NCBI GenBank assembly: GCA_030324005.1
Contig: JARDVH010000121.1
Coordinates: forward strand, 9,991,059 to 10,055,058
Length of the DNA: 64,000 nt
Reading direction: 5' to 3'
Source of the DNA: Negaprion brevirostris
Taxonomy: Eukaryota
In this document: positions 1-13,543 of the stretch, piece after piece
Numbering within the stretch: position 1 is the stretch's first letter
How the letters are laid out: each line of letters begins with the position of its first letter
Translations under genes and position numbers: made by a program
Notes under the pieces: model-generated
The model's input: the letters and a program-made list of their open reading frames with translations, nothing else
Told to the model about the DNA's origin: nothing
The model's database searches: none

Positions 1-1138
1 GTTTGTTCTTAGGCATTTCCTTGAACATTTTCTAAGGTTTTGGTAATGAGGAGCATAAAGCCATTTTTGTTTCAATTTAATGTCTCAACTTTGCTAAGTC
101 ATGACTGAACATTTGCTTAAACTAGGCTTTAATCTGTTAATTTATCTTGAGTAAAAAAAAAACAACAGTAAAATAAGGAAATAAAGACAATTCAATCTCC
201 CGAGCCTACCACCAAATTTTGATCTTACCCACATGGTTACTCATCGCTGCAATTTTCATTTTTTAAAAAATATATATTTGAGCTGCTAACACTCGCGTGA
301 GTGTAAAGCTTATCATTGAATGCATCAATGTTTTGAAGCTCGTAAGAAGCAGAAGCAAACTGTTCTTAACATGATGAGCTTTCCAATGCTCCGCATTCAA
401 TTGGACACATTTTGTAGTGAAAAGTACATGTAATTGGCGTTTCATTAACGACTTGCTCAATTACAATGCTGATCTATTTTCCACCAATGGTAGCCCTCAC
501 TTAAGTTCTGCCGGTGATTCCTTCACTTGCAAGTAGTCTATTCACTGTAATTGCCCAGTGCAATATATTACTTCAGAATTTGTCTTGTTTATGATCTGAC
601 ACTTTTTTTTCCTGAAGACTATAGTTCCAAATTTAATTACCCCATTTCTGCATTGATATTTTTTTAAAGAAAAAAAAAATATCAATATATGAGGAGGAAT
701 GTACAATTTACTTTTCCTTGAATAATTACCCTGGTCGAAGCTGTTCGAAAGACTTTAAATACATCATCACGTCAATACACCTCAAGTTGTTTTGAATTTA
801 ATTGCTCAAAACTCGCCGTCCATCATTCTAGAGAATACCACATGCAAGAAAGCTTTGGAAGATTTAGATGAGACAATATACTCGCTTATTGAACAAAACC
901 ATTCTGTATGTACTTAACGCGGTAGAGAATGTAAGCGATGTCGAATTAATCAAACCTTGACAACTTAACATTTGTTTCGTTCACTTTCACTTCATGAAAT
1001 ATCATGAGAGTGATGTCCATGAAATACTCGTAGATTTCGAAATATTTCCACGCTCATATGAGAAAACCCAAAAATCTCTGCATTTTCGTATGTCTTGAAC
1101 ACTGATTAGTTTCGACTTCAATTGTGTTCGTTTTGCAG

Positions 1139-1165
1139 AATGCAAGCTGAATGACAAGCAAAAAG
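1139..1165 (+). CDS. 27-nt phase 1-1 micro-exon of putative coiled-coil gene, (E)CKLNDKQK
   Basis: Acceptor ttcgttttgcag, donor aag|gtattc. Open frame. xxKLxxKxK pattern shared with the exon at 43071. Confidence 0.65.
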
Positions 1166-2544
1166 GTATTCCGATTTCTAATTGATAAATAGTTAACTTA
1201 CTAACATAAGTACTAGCTCAAAAATTGTCCGCAGGAAGATACCAATTCTAACATGAATGTTGTTTCGCCCTTGTTTGTAACTGTAATAAGAATCAGTTAA
1301 AACTGGTGAGCAAAGAAATCTGCAACATATTTTTTTTTCCGAATGTATTCGTCTTTATGTGAAGATCGGCAAATCGATGCCAACAGTTGTGACAATGGAG
1401 ATGGCGGTCAACAATAAAACTGAGCCGTTAACGAGTAAATATTTCGCTTCCAACGACTTGCAAAGAGGACAGATAATTTACTGTTTTTCTTTACATCGAC
1501 TTTATATGCAATTGATGTAGCGAGGCAAAATATATATTGCCTCTGGCGTCACATGCACGAGGATGGCCGAATCCTTGTGTTTGTTTTTATTTTGCTGTTT
1601 TTAGTGGTCATGGAGAATCATGGACTCTATTCATTCGATGATAATCACATGCGTTTTGGCTCAATTATTCTTCAGACACTGAATGGGCGCACTGAAGGAA
1701 AATGGCTGTTCTAAGACTTTTTTTTAATTACATGTTTTGTTTAGTACAATTTAATGTCAAATATTGTTCTGCGGTTCCTCATTAAACAACAATACAGTTG
1801 GTTCGTTGTACAGGAAGTGCCAATTCAATAAATTACAGTCTCCTGATTGGGGGCATTTATAGTAACACACAAAGTACCTTCCAGAACTCAACGACACCAA
1901 GTAAACCATTGAAGAGGAAGTCCAGATAAGCGCAGGCACTGCGGTGTGGGAAATTGTTACTTCATATACAGAAAATTTTAGAATGTAATACTGGCAGAGG
2001 AAAATGGGCTCATGAGGCACAACACTGGACCAGTTTTCTGACAGATTCGTGTGCTGTCAATAGCGAAATTTAAATAAAATTGTCCAAAAATATCTTGGAT
2101 AATGACATTTTGAGTTGGAACACATTTTGATTAATCCAAACCAGTTACATGACTGGAGTTAAATTGAACTGCCTAAATTATCGAATCGATTTGGCAAGTA
2201 ATATATGGGAAAATAAAATGTTGGTCTTAACGTATATGAGGAAAGTTAGCGTGGCCAAGAGTTGGGCAGTGAATGGNNNNNNNNNNNNNNNNNNNNNNNN
2301 NNNNNNNNNNNNNNNNNNNNNNNNNNNNNNNNNNNNNNNNNNNNNNNNNNNNNNNNNNNNNNNNNNNNNNNNNNNNNNNNNNNNNNNNNNNNNNNNNNNN
2401 NNNNNNNGTCACACTTTATGAAGAAAGGGCAGATCGCGCATGAATATAATTCTAGAAGTGCATAACGCCCTTCTTAAAGTCGTCCCAACGACTTTTTCGG
2501 CTGCAGCCAGCTTCCGTCGAGAGAATGAATGTGGCAGAATTTAT

Positions 2545-2608
2545 GAACATAAGAACGTAAGAAATAGGAGCAGGAGTAGGCCATCGAGCCCTTCGAGCCT
2601 GCCCCGCC
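2545..2608 (-). mobile_element. CR1 LINE 3' terminal fragment
   Basis: aacataagaacgtaagaaataggagcaggagtaggccatcgagcccttcgagcctgc is the reverse complement of a CR1 tail. Confidence 0.8.
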
Positions 2609-2779
2609 GGTGTCTTTTTTTTAGTTTCACACACCAAGTAAAATGGTTAACGTGTTACTCACAATTAAATATTTAATTCGTCCAAACACGACGTGGTCGC
2701 ACATTCGCATGCGATACTCAATAAAATGCAATGATAACCTTAAAATAAATACACCACCGTTCTAAGAAACTCATAAGTA

Positions 2780-3200
2780 AAAAAGAAATTAAAAACATGA
2801 AGCAGGTGTGGGTCATTCGACATTTCCAGCCTCTCCGCCATTCATTGGAATCCCAGCTGAACATAAAATTGGATATTTTGACTCACACTTCCCTTTGTCC
2901 TTTTAGCCGCAAGAGTGCTACCTAATATTTTGGCGACACCAACTTTCTGTGGCAGTGAACTCCCCACATTCACCACGATCTGTTGAAGAAACTTCCCCTC
3001 GCCTCAGCTCAAATAGTTTTACTCTTATCCTCTGAATATGACACCGACTTCTGGCCTCCCCAGCATCGCGATCAATCCTCTCTGAATTCACGCCATCTAA
3101 CCCGGTTTGACTTCAGTAAATTTCGATGAAAGCCCCTCCCACTCTTGTAAAAGTAAATGAACACCATCATAACTTGGTTAGCCTCTGCTAATGTATAGAA
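2780..3200 (-). mobile_element. Degenerate CR1 LINE 3' portion
   Basis: tctgtggcagtgaactccccacattcaccac...gaagaaacttcccctc matches the antisense of the CR1 ORF2 C-terminus and 3' UTR. Confidence 0.7.
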
Positions 3201-3474
3201 ACATATAAACTTGAAAAAAAAATCCATTTAAAATTGCCGTCAATCTGCACGATGTGCAGGTATTGTCAATGCGAGAAAATAGCGTATAGATTCGGCACCC
3301 GGAATCTGAAGTTTGCCTGAAATAGTAAACGAACTGCAGATTACCTTGCTTTGTCACTGTCTCGCGTTCAAATTGGAGCAGGGTCAATAAAAATCTGAAT
3401 TTTGAATTCGCGGTACACTATTCCATTTTTTAGCAGATTTTTGTTCAAGTCTATGTGCTTCCATATGTTGTAAA

Positions 3475-3711
3475 AAGTCTGACAACACCAGGTTTTAGTC
3501 CAACCGATTTATTTGATAGTAAACTCACAAGCTTTCGAGGTTTCCCNNNNNNNNNNNNNNNNNNNNNNNNNNNNNNNNNNNNNNNNNNNNNNNNNNNNNN
3601 NNNNNNNNNNNNNNNNNNNNNNNNNNNNNNNNNNNNNNNNNNNNNNNNNNNNNCGATTTATTTGATAGTAAACTCACAAGCTTTCGAGGTTTCCCTCTTC
3701 GTCAGGTGAAT
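3475..3711 (-). mobile_element. Penelope-like pseudo-LTR end, interrupted by an N gap
   Basis: aagtctgacaacaccaggttttagtccaaccgatttatttg...agctttcgagg...cttcgtcaggtga, a typical elasmobranch Penelope terminus. Confidence 0.75.
3672..3711 (-). ncRNA. Minimal type I hammerhead ribozyme motif
   Basis: Minus strand reads AUUCAC CUGACGA A GAGG GAAA CCUC GAA AGCU U GUGAGU: stem I, catalytic core, 4-bp stem II and palindromic AGCU stem III. Confidence 0.65.
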
Positions 3712-5145
3712 GGAGAGTTCTGGCCTCAGAATATGTTAGCATATGTTAGCAGAGCTTAAGCAAGTTAATATGTTGTTGATGTGTTTTTACAAGAGCGGCA
3801 GGGGCTCTCATCTAAACTTACAAAATTCTAACCGGTTGAGACAGGATGAATTCGGAAAAGATGAAGGCGATGCTGCGAGACCACGTCATGTCGACTTCTT
3901 TTGTGAGGGTAGAATTGCTGTCATGCCAATCTGGGCATCGAATTGGAAGGGGAATGTCCAATGTTCTCTGCCCAGATGATGACAGCATATTTCCCATTAT
4001 TCATTTCTACATTATTGACTCAAATTGTGCACAATACACACATGATACTTTTGTTTACCTTGTCCATAATGCAGGTGCCATCAGCGAAACATCTTGTTCC
4101 ATTTAAAAATTCGATAACCTCGAGTATGCATCACGAACAGTACTATGACAACAGGAAGTTGTTTTTTCGAGTAGTAACGTTCAAGATATCTGACAGAATA
4201 AGGAAACGCAATACACGGTTAATGGATAATATCTAGAATGACAAAAGGTAGCATTAACATCTGTTTTTTTTAAAAAGGTCTCAGTTTGGCTGTGAGATTT
4301 AACATACCCTATTTGTAGTCCAATTTACCCTTACAGATCAAGCAAGTAATATAAGAATCTGTCGAATTACGTTTGAACTTGCGCCAAAGACTTAAGTCGA
4401 GGGCAATAACCTTATCGCAGAAATTATTCCTTTTTTCCCTAGGTTCAACATGAAAAATACAGGCTGAATCGCTGCTACTACTTTGGCGAAAAAGAGGGAC
4501 AATTTTCATCTGGCCGAGCCATGCTGTCTCTCTCTCCTGATTCTTCTCTGTCTAATTGACACTTCATCCGATCTCCGAATTTATTCCAATACTAAAGAAA
4601 GTAATATTCTGTATGGAAAATGAGTAGTCATATCTCCAGGGGCATAATTTCATTTCAATAATCTTGAATCGCTGTGCAACAAGTCATTAAATTAAACTGT
4701 TGCGGATAATTGAAAATCGAAATTTACCAATCTGTGTTGAGAAAAGAGAAGTTTGGTGGCAAGGACGCAGGATAGTGAAATAATCTTTTTTTTTCAAAAA
4801 ATGTCAAACACAGGAACACAACACTCTGAGTAGACAGAAAAACATACGAAAGCATGAATGCTATGCATGTTGTGTACATAATTTATTTGAAAATAACGTG
4901 GAACCTGCATGCTAATCGGGTATATTGCACGTAAGATATGATTGAAATGCACTGAAAAAGCTGCAACGACGAATGAGGATGAAGATTTTGGACTTGTGAT
5001 ATGTTAAACTTCACTGAGCTGGGTGTGCTTTGTACATTTACTTCTGACGGAGTGCAGGAAACACGAACGATTACTACGAGGAAATTCAGTTTAGAGCAAA
5101 TTGGCCTGCCTGTGTAATGTATATATAACCATCTTTCCATTGTAG

Positions 5146-5172
5146 AAAAACAACTGGAATCAAAAGAAGATG
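5146..5172 (+). CDS. 27-nt micro-exon (E)KQLESKED
   Basis: Acceptor atctttccattgtag, donor atg|gtaatt. Leu at residue 4, as in the other 27-nt exons. Confidence 0.75.
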
Positions 5173-6229
5173 GTAATTTTTAAAATAAATTTCGATTTAT
5201 CTTACTCTATCCATCCCTCAAACGCAATGACAAATGCGGCAGGTGGTGGGAATTTGAAAGTAAAAAACACAGTTCTGAATTTCTTCGGCAGGCGGACAAT
5301 ATTCGTTCAGTTTTAAAACGGTATATTTTCAGTTCAGCAGACTTCAATCGTATTGGAATGTGTTTGAAATTTGTTAGTTAGTCTTTCGTAACACACAGAA
5401 ACAGAAAATAGTTACTTTGGACACTTCGTTTGTAATATTTTGTTCTGTGAAGTTCGGGCTTGGATTTCGTGTCACACTTCAGTGTGGGGGTGGGGGGGCA
5501 GTGGGAAGAATAATGTGGTACTTACGTTAGTTCGCGCGGCGCAGCTAGTCTCTCTCCGCCCATAATTAACATATGCTGTGGGTACGCCCTGCATAAGGAC
5601 ATCAGAACTTAGGTGAATTGAAGCCCTGAATTTCCCGTATTAAAAGGTAATTGTGGCTCTTAATTCGCCTTTACTGTCATAGGAAGCAGCTGAATGGTTG
5701 AGTTCAAAGGCACTTCTTCAAAGGATGCGAAGGGCAGTTTCAGACATGAAGTTCTGAGATTGCACTTTGTGTTTTGTTAGAACGATCCAAACTCCAGTAT
5801 TACAATAATAAAACAAATGATCAGGTCGATTTTAGAACTCTTACACCCACAACCCACCCCTTTTCAACAAATCCTGTGCCACGTCTCTGCCCTAAAAGCT
5901 TATCAGTCCCGCGTCGCGAATATGAACTTCCTGGATCCACCTGGCTGACTCAGTGGAGACATCGGATGAATTATGCGGTTACCATGACTTCTGCAGTGTC
6001 AGGCAGTTCACCTGTGCATGGCTTATTACCAACAGAGGGGCTTTCCATCGTGCTTCCCAGGGGTTTATTGTTGCAGGCAGACTTTGTAAACATTGTTTTC
6101 TTCCTTCTACAATCAGCGTGATTTCCTTCCCAAGTCACCTGGAAATTCACCCGCGTCTGCAGAGACCTGGACGAAGCGACTGGGAAGTTTTCAAAATGAC
6201 CATTTTTCTTGCGATTTCAAACAGAGCCT

Positions 6230-6780
6230 CACATTATTAGCAAGAGTGGCCCATTCGATGCCTCATTTTGTCTTCCCCATTGAATATCAAAACATTTTAT
6301 CTGAGTGCAACTTCAAAAGGACTCCTCACGTAAACTTTCACCGTAGTGTTAATTGAATTCGTCTCGCTGGAACTTTTTCCATTATTCTGAAGTTTTTTTG
6401 TTCACCTTGTCCCGGTTTCTCCAAGTGGAAGAAACATGTTCTCCAGACACAAATTGTCCAAGTTCTTAGGAAACTTAAACGTTTCAATCAAGACAAGCCT
6501 TACTCGTCTAATCTCTGAATACTCCCAAAACCTTTCCAACACTTTTTCGTAAGAAGTTCTCGTACTCATGTATTAATCTTGTAAAAATTCTGCCGATGAA
6601 TTCTAAGGCACTTGGATCATTCCTTTCATAAGGAAATCACAGTAATCCACATGCCTGAACACTAATTGCCTATGCAAGTCAATAACGAGAGACTTACATT
6701 TGTACCAAATTGTCCTCACAGTAAACGAGAACATTCAATCACCTACCCTACCTACCTTCAGTACCGGTCAGCTCGTCTAT
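6230..6780 (-). mobile_element. Highly degenerate CR1 fragment
   Basis: Antisense CR1 ORF2 3' remnants (ttaatcttgtaaaaattctg...ggatcattcctttcataaggaaatcacag). Confidence 0.5.
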
Positions 6781-6894
6781 CATACTTGCATTCAGATTAA
6801 CTATATACAAATATTAACAGAAGTAAACGTACGATAAATATGTCAACACTTCTTGATACCTGAAATTGGTGCGTATATATCTTATTCAAAACAG

Positions 6895-6930
6895 AACTCA
6901 ACGAGTGCAAGAAAGATTTAGAAGCTTCAG
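6895..6930 (+). CDS. 36-nt micro-exon (E)LNECKKDLEAS
   Basis: Acceptor tcttattcaaaacag, strong donor cag|gtaggt. Leu at residues 2 and 9 continues the heptad. Confidence 0.75.
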
Positions 6931-8312
6931 GTAGGTAAATAGGGTTGTCATTTCCAGATAATTGGAACGATAAGAGTTTGAATAGCTGAATTAGCCTGTA
7001 ACACAAAATTGATTACATCCTCGGGCTTTCTGCTCGGGTTCTTTTTTTATTTAATTATTATTTTCATAATCAATGATAGTTAGTTCCATCTCCATTATCA
7101 AACTCAAAGATCCCATCAAGTAAATGATTTTGATATAGGCAACTCACTTCCTAAATGGACTTTTTTTTCCCCATATTCCTCCTCGGGAATGATGGTGATT
7201 TTTTTTTTCATTGACGCTGCAGTTGATTTATTCGCCAATTTATCTCAGCAAACTTGAAAATAATGACAAATCTGGCCGTTTAACGTGGTATGGTTAATTT
7301 TCTCGCAAATATAAAGGTACTTGAATAAATCACCAACTACCAGTTACAGTTTGGCAAGATATAAGACAGAAGCTAAGACATAGCTGGTTTGCAAACTCAT
7401 GTTTTCCGTGAATTATTGCGAAATATTCGATTCGAATCTTGCAACTGGAGATGATTTTCTGTTCGGGGTTTAAACGAAGAAACGTATTTTTAAACAACTG
7501 AAGGCACATTTACTGGCCACGTTTTATTTATTTTCTTGCTTTGCAATGTTATACGAAAATGAGGAGGGATCTGGCATACTTGGCAAGCAGAATAGCATTC
7601 TTCAATAGATGTTCCCAAGATCAAACTCAGTGAAAATGGACTATTGACGAGTGACAAGTGTGTAAAACGAGTGCAGAAATCCCTTGGGGAATCAATTGAC
7701 AATAACTGTACTTGTGCGAACAAACATAAAAACATGCCATCATCTAATTTAAGTTATTGGCATTGCCCTAATTATTTTTTGGGAAAAAAGCCAAGAGTGA
7801 AATGACACAAAATTTTGCGAGTAGTTGTTGCACCTGCCAACCTTGGGTTTGAAAGAATATAAGAGCTGCAGATAAAGAAGTGACAGAACAATTTAAAGGC
7901 AGACAACGAAATGAGAAATTGTAGTAGCAATCCCTGATAGTTAATCACGAGAAGAATTGGGATTAAAAAAAAACATGAAGGTGGTTGGACGGAAGTCACA
8001 ATTTATGCCTTGCTGATACAATTTTATTTCCCCAAACGAAAAAAAAAATGTTAACATGTATAGAAATTTCAATTCATCAAGTTATTACACGTTTTATGGT
8101 TTGTGCCGGTACATGCACCATTAAGATTTTGGCTTGTATGGAAATACTAAAGCAAACATATGTTTTGTGAAACTAATTAATTATTTGCGGTTTGAGGAAA
8201 AGACGTTCAAATGCATTATGCACGACTTCATTGCTTGTTCAGTTCGTATGGAATATTACAGTTAATTCTGCATCCGAGCCTCGTTCACCATTCAGATCCA
8301 TGTTGCCTGATC

Positions 8313-8631
8313 ACATAATCATAGAATCCGTGCAGGGCAGAAGGAGGCCTTTCAGCCCATTGAGTCGACACTGATCACAATCCCACCCAGACCCTATCTC
8401 CATAAATCCATGCATTTATCCTGGCTCGTTTCCCTGACACGAATGGATTACTTTAGTATGGCCACCATCGTAACTCGCACATCTTTGACTATGGGAGGAA
8501 AGTAGACTGCCCGAGGAAACCCACGGCAACACATAAAGAACGAGCAATCTCCACACAGTCGTGGCCACAATCGAATCCGAACTCTTGGCGACGTGAGACA
8601 GTAGTGATAAACACAAAGCCACCGCGTCACT
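8313..8631 (-). mobile_element. HE1-like V-SINE, near full length, with CR1-type tail
   Basis: Tail catagaatcc...aaggaggcc, V-domain tgggaggaaag...ccgaggaaacccac, tRNA-derived head gtgagacagtagtgataaacac. Confidence 0.85.
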
Positions 8632-9129
8632 CATCAGCAAATCTTAATTTCATTTCCTAAATAAATAACATTACCTTTGCAGTCTTTGCCTGAAAAAAAA
8701 GTCTGCGGCGTGCAAATGAATTATTCCCGAGCCTAATCGACGATGTGTTTCAAAAGTCTCCGCATTCGGCCAATGTAAGTGCTAATGAGCAGGCGGACCC
8801 TTTATCCTGCTCTTCCCATCGGAGACCTGGTTACTTTCTATAAATGGATTTGCACTAATTATACATTTGCAACTTACCGATGAAATTTTGATTGAATAAA
8901 CTCTAATCAGCAGGATAAAATATACCAGACGGTGCATTCGATCATAGCGTAAGCCGGTTTAGACTGAAATCAGTTGGACAATGATTTACACGATTCAATG
9001 TGCACGAAGGTTGTGCAGAAAAGATTTCAACCAGGGCCAAAAATGTGAAATGACATATCGGCCGTTTTGAATGTTCATCGAAATTGATTAAATGATTTCC
9101 AATATTTTCATGTTTTTTTTTCTATGCAG

Positions 9130-9156
9130 AAGACAGTCTGAAATTGAAAGAGAATG
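9130..9156 (+). CDS. 27-nt micro-exon (E)DSLKLKEN
   Basis: Acceptor tttttttttctatgcag, donor atg|gtattt. Resembles the exon at 17864. Confidence 0.75.
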
Positions 9157-10954
9157 GTATTTTGTTCTCCCTGTTATTTTAGATGCCACAGACTGCAATA
9201 AACTGGCAATGAAAAACTGATTTGCGTTTCAAGGTTCAAGGGAGGTGGGCCAACGACGTCAACGTGGGGACTTGGTTGTGGGTGATGTTTGTTGTGTTTC
9301 TATCGAATGTCATGTGTCGGCACCGTCGTTAATCATACGTTGGAAAGGTTTAAACTGTCTCTCAGCCAAGAAAACAGCAAAACATCAGGAATGGACATCA
9401 GTCTTCTGCTAAATTCAGCGAATAGAATCCTTCCCAGGGCAGAGTAATTTTCTAATTGAAGTTTACACTTCCCATGCAATAAATGTGGATTCTGTTCGTG
9501 GTTACGTCTCAATGCCTCCCTTTCGCATATCGCGCATTCGTCGCCCATAAATGAAAAATTACGAAATAACGTTTGTCTCTGGATATTAGCTACATTTATT
9601 TCATTATTTCTCTACTTTTGTTCTCATTCTTACATTGCAATGCATGTTAACCGTTCTATATGTGGGGTGCTGCACACCTTGATAGCATATTAATTTGCAG
9701 TGCATCACATTGCAATTCATTCCTCCATGCATGACTCCATGATTTTCAGTATGTCTGCTCTGCTGACGGCAATGCAATTCAAAGACCAGCTGCACGCTTT
9801 TTTTGCGCTGTTCTATTCAGCGTTGATTCTACGGCAGAACACTGAATTCAGGCTTAGAAATGTGTAGGTTACATTTACAAGATGAGCTGGTCAAAGCTCA
9901 AAGAGATTGGGCCAACTCTTCCAATCACTTTAATACATGAATTAATAAATTATTTGCAAACATTTAAGAATCGCGTTCCACGCAGTTTAATGCAATTCTG
10001 ATGAGGATACTGCAGTTCGTTATGCGGGAATGCCAACCTATTGGCCAGCGATTTGAATGTCCCAATGGCATTCTGGGGAAGCGCTCCTCAATGTCAACAA
10101 ATACGTTTATTCTCTGCTGAACTTCCCAACGCTTCACCCATTTTTAGCTCTGCAGTTACACTAATTACTGCTACGATCATATAAGGAATCCTTCCTTCTG
10201 CATTCATGTAATGTTACAAGTACGTAATTGAGCACACTGCAGTATTTTCGTCCTTACCTTCAGATATCGGCAAGAAAATCCTGAAACCACCTAACATATG
10301 AGCTGACTTCTTTAATCGTTTTTGATTATCATTTGAACGCATTACTCCAAGTGAGCACTCAACCAATCAGTCCGTATGTGGCTCGCTGACAACATGCCAT
10401 CGGCTGGTACCAGTAACTCGCCATGAGAGTTCATAACATAATCAAAGATTTACTGTTTGGGAAAAAAAGAAGTGCAATCATAAATGTAGAAGACACGGTC
10501 ACCACGGATCAGAATCAATGCGCTTTTAGTCTGGCAGAATGTAGTTTTGGCTGCCGAAACATATTGAGAGAAGTGGATTTGCATATTTGTATGCAGCATA
10601 ATTAATATTCCACCCTTGAGAAGTTTTTTTTTAGAGGGGTGGGGTGGGGGGGACCGAAATCGCAATGCAAAACACTGCATGTTGCACTGGGCAGGTCAAG
10701 AGCGATAAAATACAATTGGCAACTGATCACTGAACACAAACTTGAAGAACAGGAAGGCACAGATTTGCTAACACGTGTTTTCTGGTTGATAAAGTTGCTA
10801 TGCATTAGCGCCAAGGAAAAGCCGCACCCAAAATCAACTAAATAATTTACAAGATTTAGCCATTAAATTTTGCTTGCAGAGAATGCATTTCAGCAAGAGT
10901 CAAGCACGTTTGTGCAAATCAGAAAAAAAAAACGACATGGAACCGAACACTAAA

Positions 10955-11625
10955 AGCGGCAACACAGTTGGACAAGGTAGACACAGAGGCATACGGGAAG
11001 CTTGCCCTCATCTGTCCGGCACTGAATATGAAATTTCGCAAGTCATGCCGCAGCCGTACAGAATCTTATTTCGGCCTAGTTTACAATATTGCGTGTAATT
11101 CTGGGCGTCATACTACCAGGACGTCGTTGATGTTTTGCGGGGGGTACAACAGAGGGTTTCCAAGATATTGTCTGCTGTGGAGGTAATTAGTTGTCAGTAG
11201 AACTTGGATAAGTTCCGTTTGTTCTTAATGGGACAGCGGGGGCGGAGCGGTGACTTGATCGAGATTTAAAATATTATGAGCAACATGAACAGCGTGGCCC
11301 GTTAGAATTATCTTTCCAATGGTAGAAACGTCCAATACTCAGGGTCATATGTTTAAAGGGCGTGTGACAAAGTTTAGAGCAGATGTGCGAGGCAAGTTGT
11401 TTTTTTTTTACACGGAGGGTGATGAATATTTGGAACGCGCTTCTCGGGGACTTGCTGGGACGAGGTACGATAGCAGCATTTAAGGGGTAAATTGACAAAT
11501 GCACGCATACGATGAGAATGGAAGGAAACAGACTCCATACGTGCATGCAGGTTTTTTAAGCAGGTATCATGATGGGCGCAGGCTTGACGGGCCGAAGGTT
11601 GGTTCCTTTTCCTTGTGCTTTTCTT
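10955..11625 (+). mobile_element. CR1 LINE 3' fragment (ORF2 C-terminus and 3' UTR)
   Basis: ggtgacttgatcgag..., ttttacacggagggtgatgaatatttggaacgcgct, terminal gggccgaagg. Confidence 0.85.
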
Positions 11626-13018
11626 GGTTAATTGTTTGTAAATGATCAGCACCTCAAGTAAATATTGCTATGGTTATTTGAATATACATACTTAATCTAT
11701 GTCCCTAAAGATCAACAGTCTGCCGAATGGAATAATTTGTGAACAGCTTTTCGCTAAACTGAGAGACATGTTTGTTTCCATGTTGCAAATATGAGCAGAA
11801 TCACGAATAAGAGAAATATGTTGTACTGTCCTGTTGCTGCAGTCGATATTATTGCTGAGAATGATGGCGAAGTTGAGGTTGACACGAATAATGAATATGA
11901 TTATTTTGATATAACTATTTCTAATAATGGATTTGTTGTGTTTACATTAGTGGCATTTACGTTTTTTGCTTACGTTAGCAATTATGATGCTAATTGTTGA
12001 GTATTTCAATTAAAAGCCTATTGAGAGAAAACAAGTTATCCTCAATTATTTAAGTGTAAGACGGGGTGAACGTGATACCACGCCATGCGTGTAGTGAGAC
12101 GGCTGTGTAACCAAATGCTATGTAGTGCAATGAGCGCCGTATTCAAAGCAGTCACAATGAATAAATGTGGGAGAGAAATATACTTAATGTAATGTAATCT
12201 TAAGAGAACACTTCAAAATTAGAGATAACTACTCAGACGATAGAAACAGGTTCATGTTATACCTGTTGAGAAATGAATCTCACATGACAATATCTTGAAG
12301 ACCAACCTGGCATAATCCAACGTTTTCATGCCAATTGTTCCCCATCAAATATGATTGAAATGGTCATTAACATATTGTTGGATATGGGCACTGTATGAAA
12401 AATAAAGTTTTCTGTTGCGCAACGATGGGAAATGGGTTTTGCTGGGAAACCCTGTGGAGAAAATAATTACCTATAACCTCCGAGCTGCCATAAAGTTACA
12501 AAGTTATATGTGCAATTGTGATGCAGCTCGAGCCATATAAAAAGATATGAACAGCGAGCTTCAGAGTTTACATCATGAGGGACAGGGTAATGTTTTAAGA
12601 ATTAAAACAAATGTTTTTTTTTTATCTTTTTCACAATAGCTTTGACGCATCCCGAAATTCCTGAAGCTACAGTCCTCCTCCAGGCCCACGGGACCTGTGA
12701 AATTCCTTCAGGTCACTCCTTACTAAAAGATCGTACATTCAAAATTGCATGGTTCGTTGCAGCTGATTCCGGAAATGCGGCCTTGACAGACTTATGAGTA
12801 ATGAGGAGGCCTTGACGTTATTGGTGCTCTGCGAATGGCTTTTCAACATTATGAGGCCGTGTTTCGCGCATTATAAGTGCATTTTCTGCCTGTAACAGCT
12901 CATATTTTAACCGGATTCAGAGAGTTACGTTTTTTTTCACTTATTGCAATGTAAATTCTGTTCAATGGTTATCTTTGACAGTAACGGTCACTGTAATTTA
13001 TATCATTCTATCTCACAG

Positions 13019-13054
13019 ACCTGACTTCATGCACACGATCTATAAAGGGATTAG
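13019..13054 (+). CDS. 36-nt micro-exon (D)LTSCTRSIKGL
   Basis: Acceptor cattctatctcacag, donor tag|gtaaga. Cys at residue 5 as in 6895. Ends gattag|gtaag as 20962 does. Confidence 0.75.
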
Positions 13055-13491
13055 GTAAGAATGGGAGATCTATTGTGAAAACAAATACTTTTTTTCTTGT
13101 GGCAATATTCATAAGTATGTTAACAATACGAACAGCAATATCAAGAAAACAGGGTCAGAAAAGTGCCTGAGTTGTCAATGCTTGCCAGAAATCAACGGCT
13201 AAATACCATGATTTGTAACAAAAACATATACTGCTGAGATAATTAGAGAAAATGATATAAATCGTGCAGCGGTGGTAGATGCTTTTGCGGTTTCATTTCC
13301 TGCCCTGCAATGGATTGTTTGAAATGGCGGTTTCACGCTGCATTATGATGTTTTACTCGTCATATATAACAACATTGCAACCTAACGCCAAAAACAGCAC
13401 CATAAATGGTACTTAAGATGAATGAAATTTAAAATCAGACCATTGAGTTTTCGCTCTGCAGAATATCATTCTATTGACCTGTAATCATGTT

Positions 13492-13543
13492 GTTATTATT
13501 ATTACGATTATTATTATTATTATCATTATTATTATTATTATTA
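13492..13543. repeat. Imperfect (ATT)n microsatellite
   Basis: Directly visible. Confidence 0.9.
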
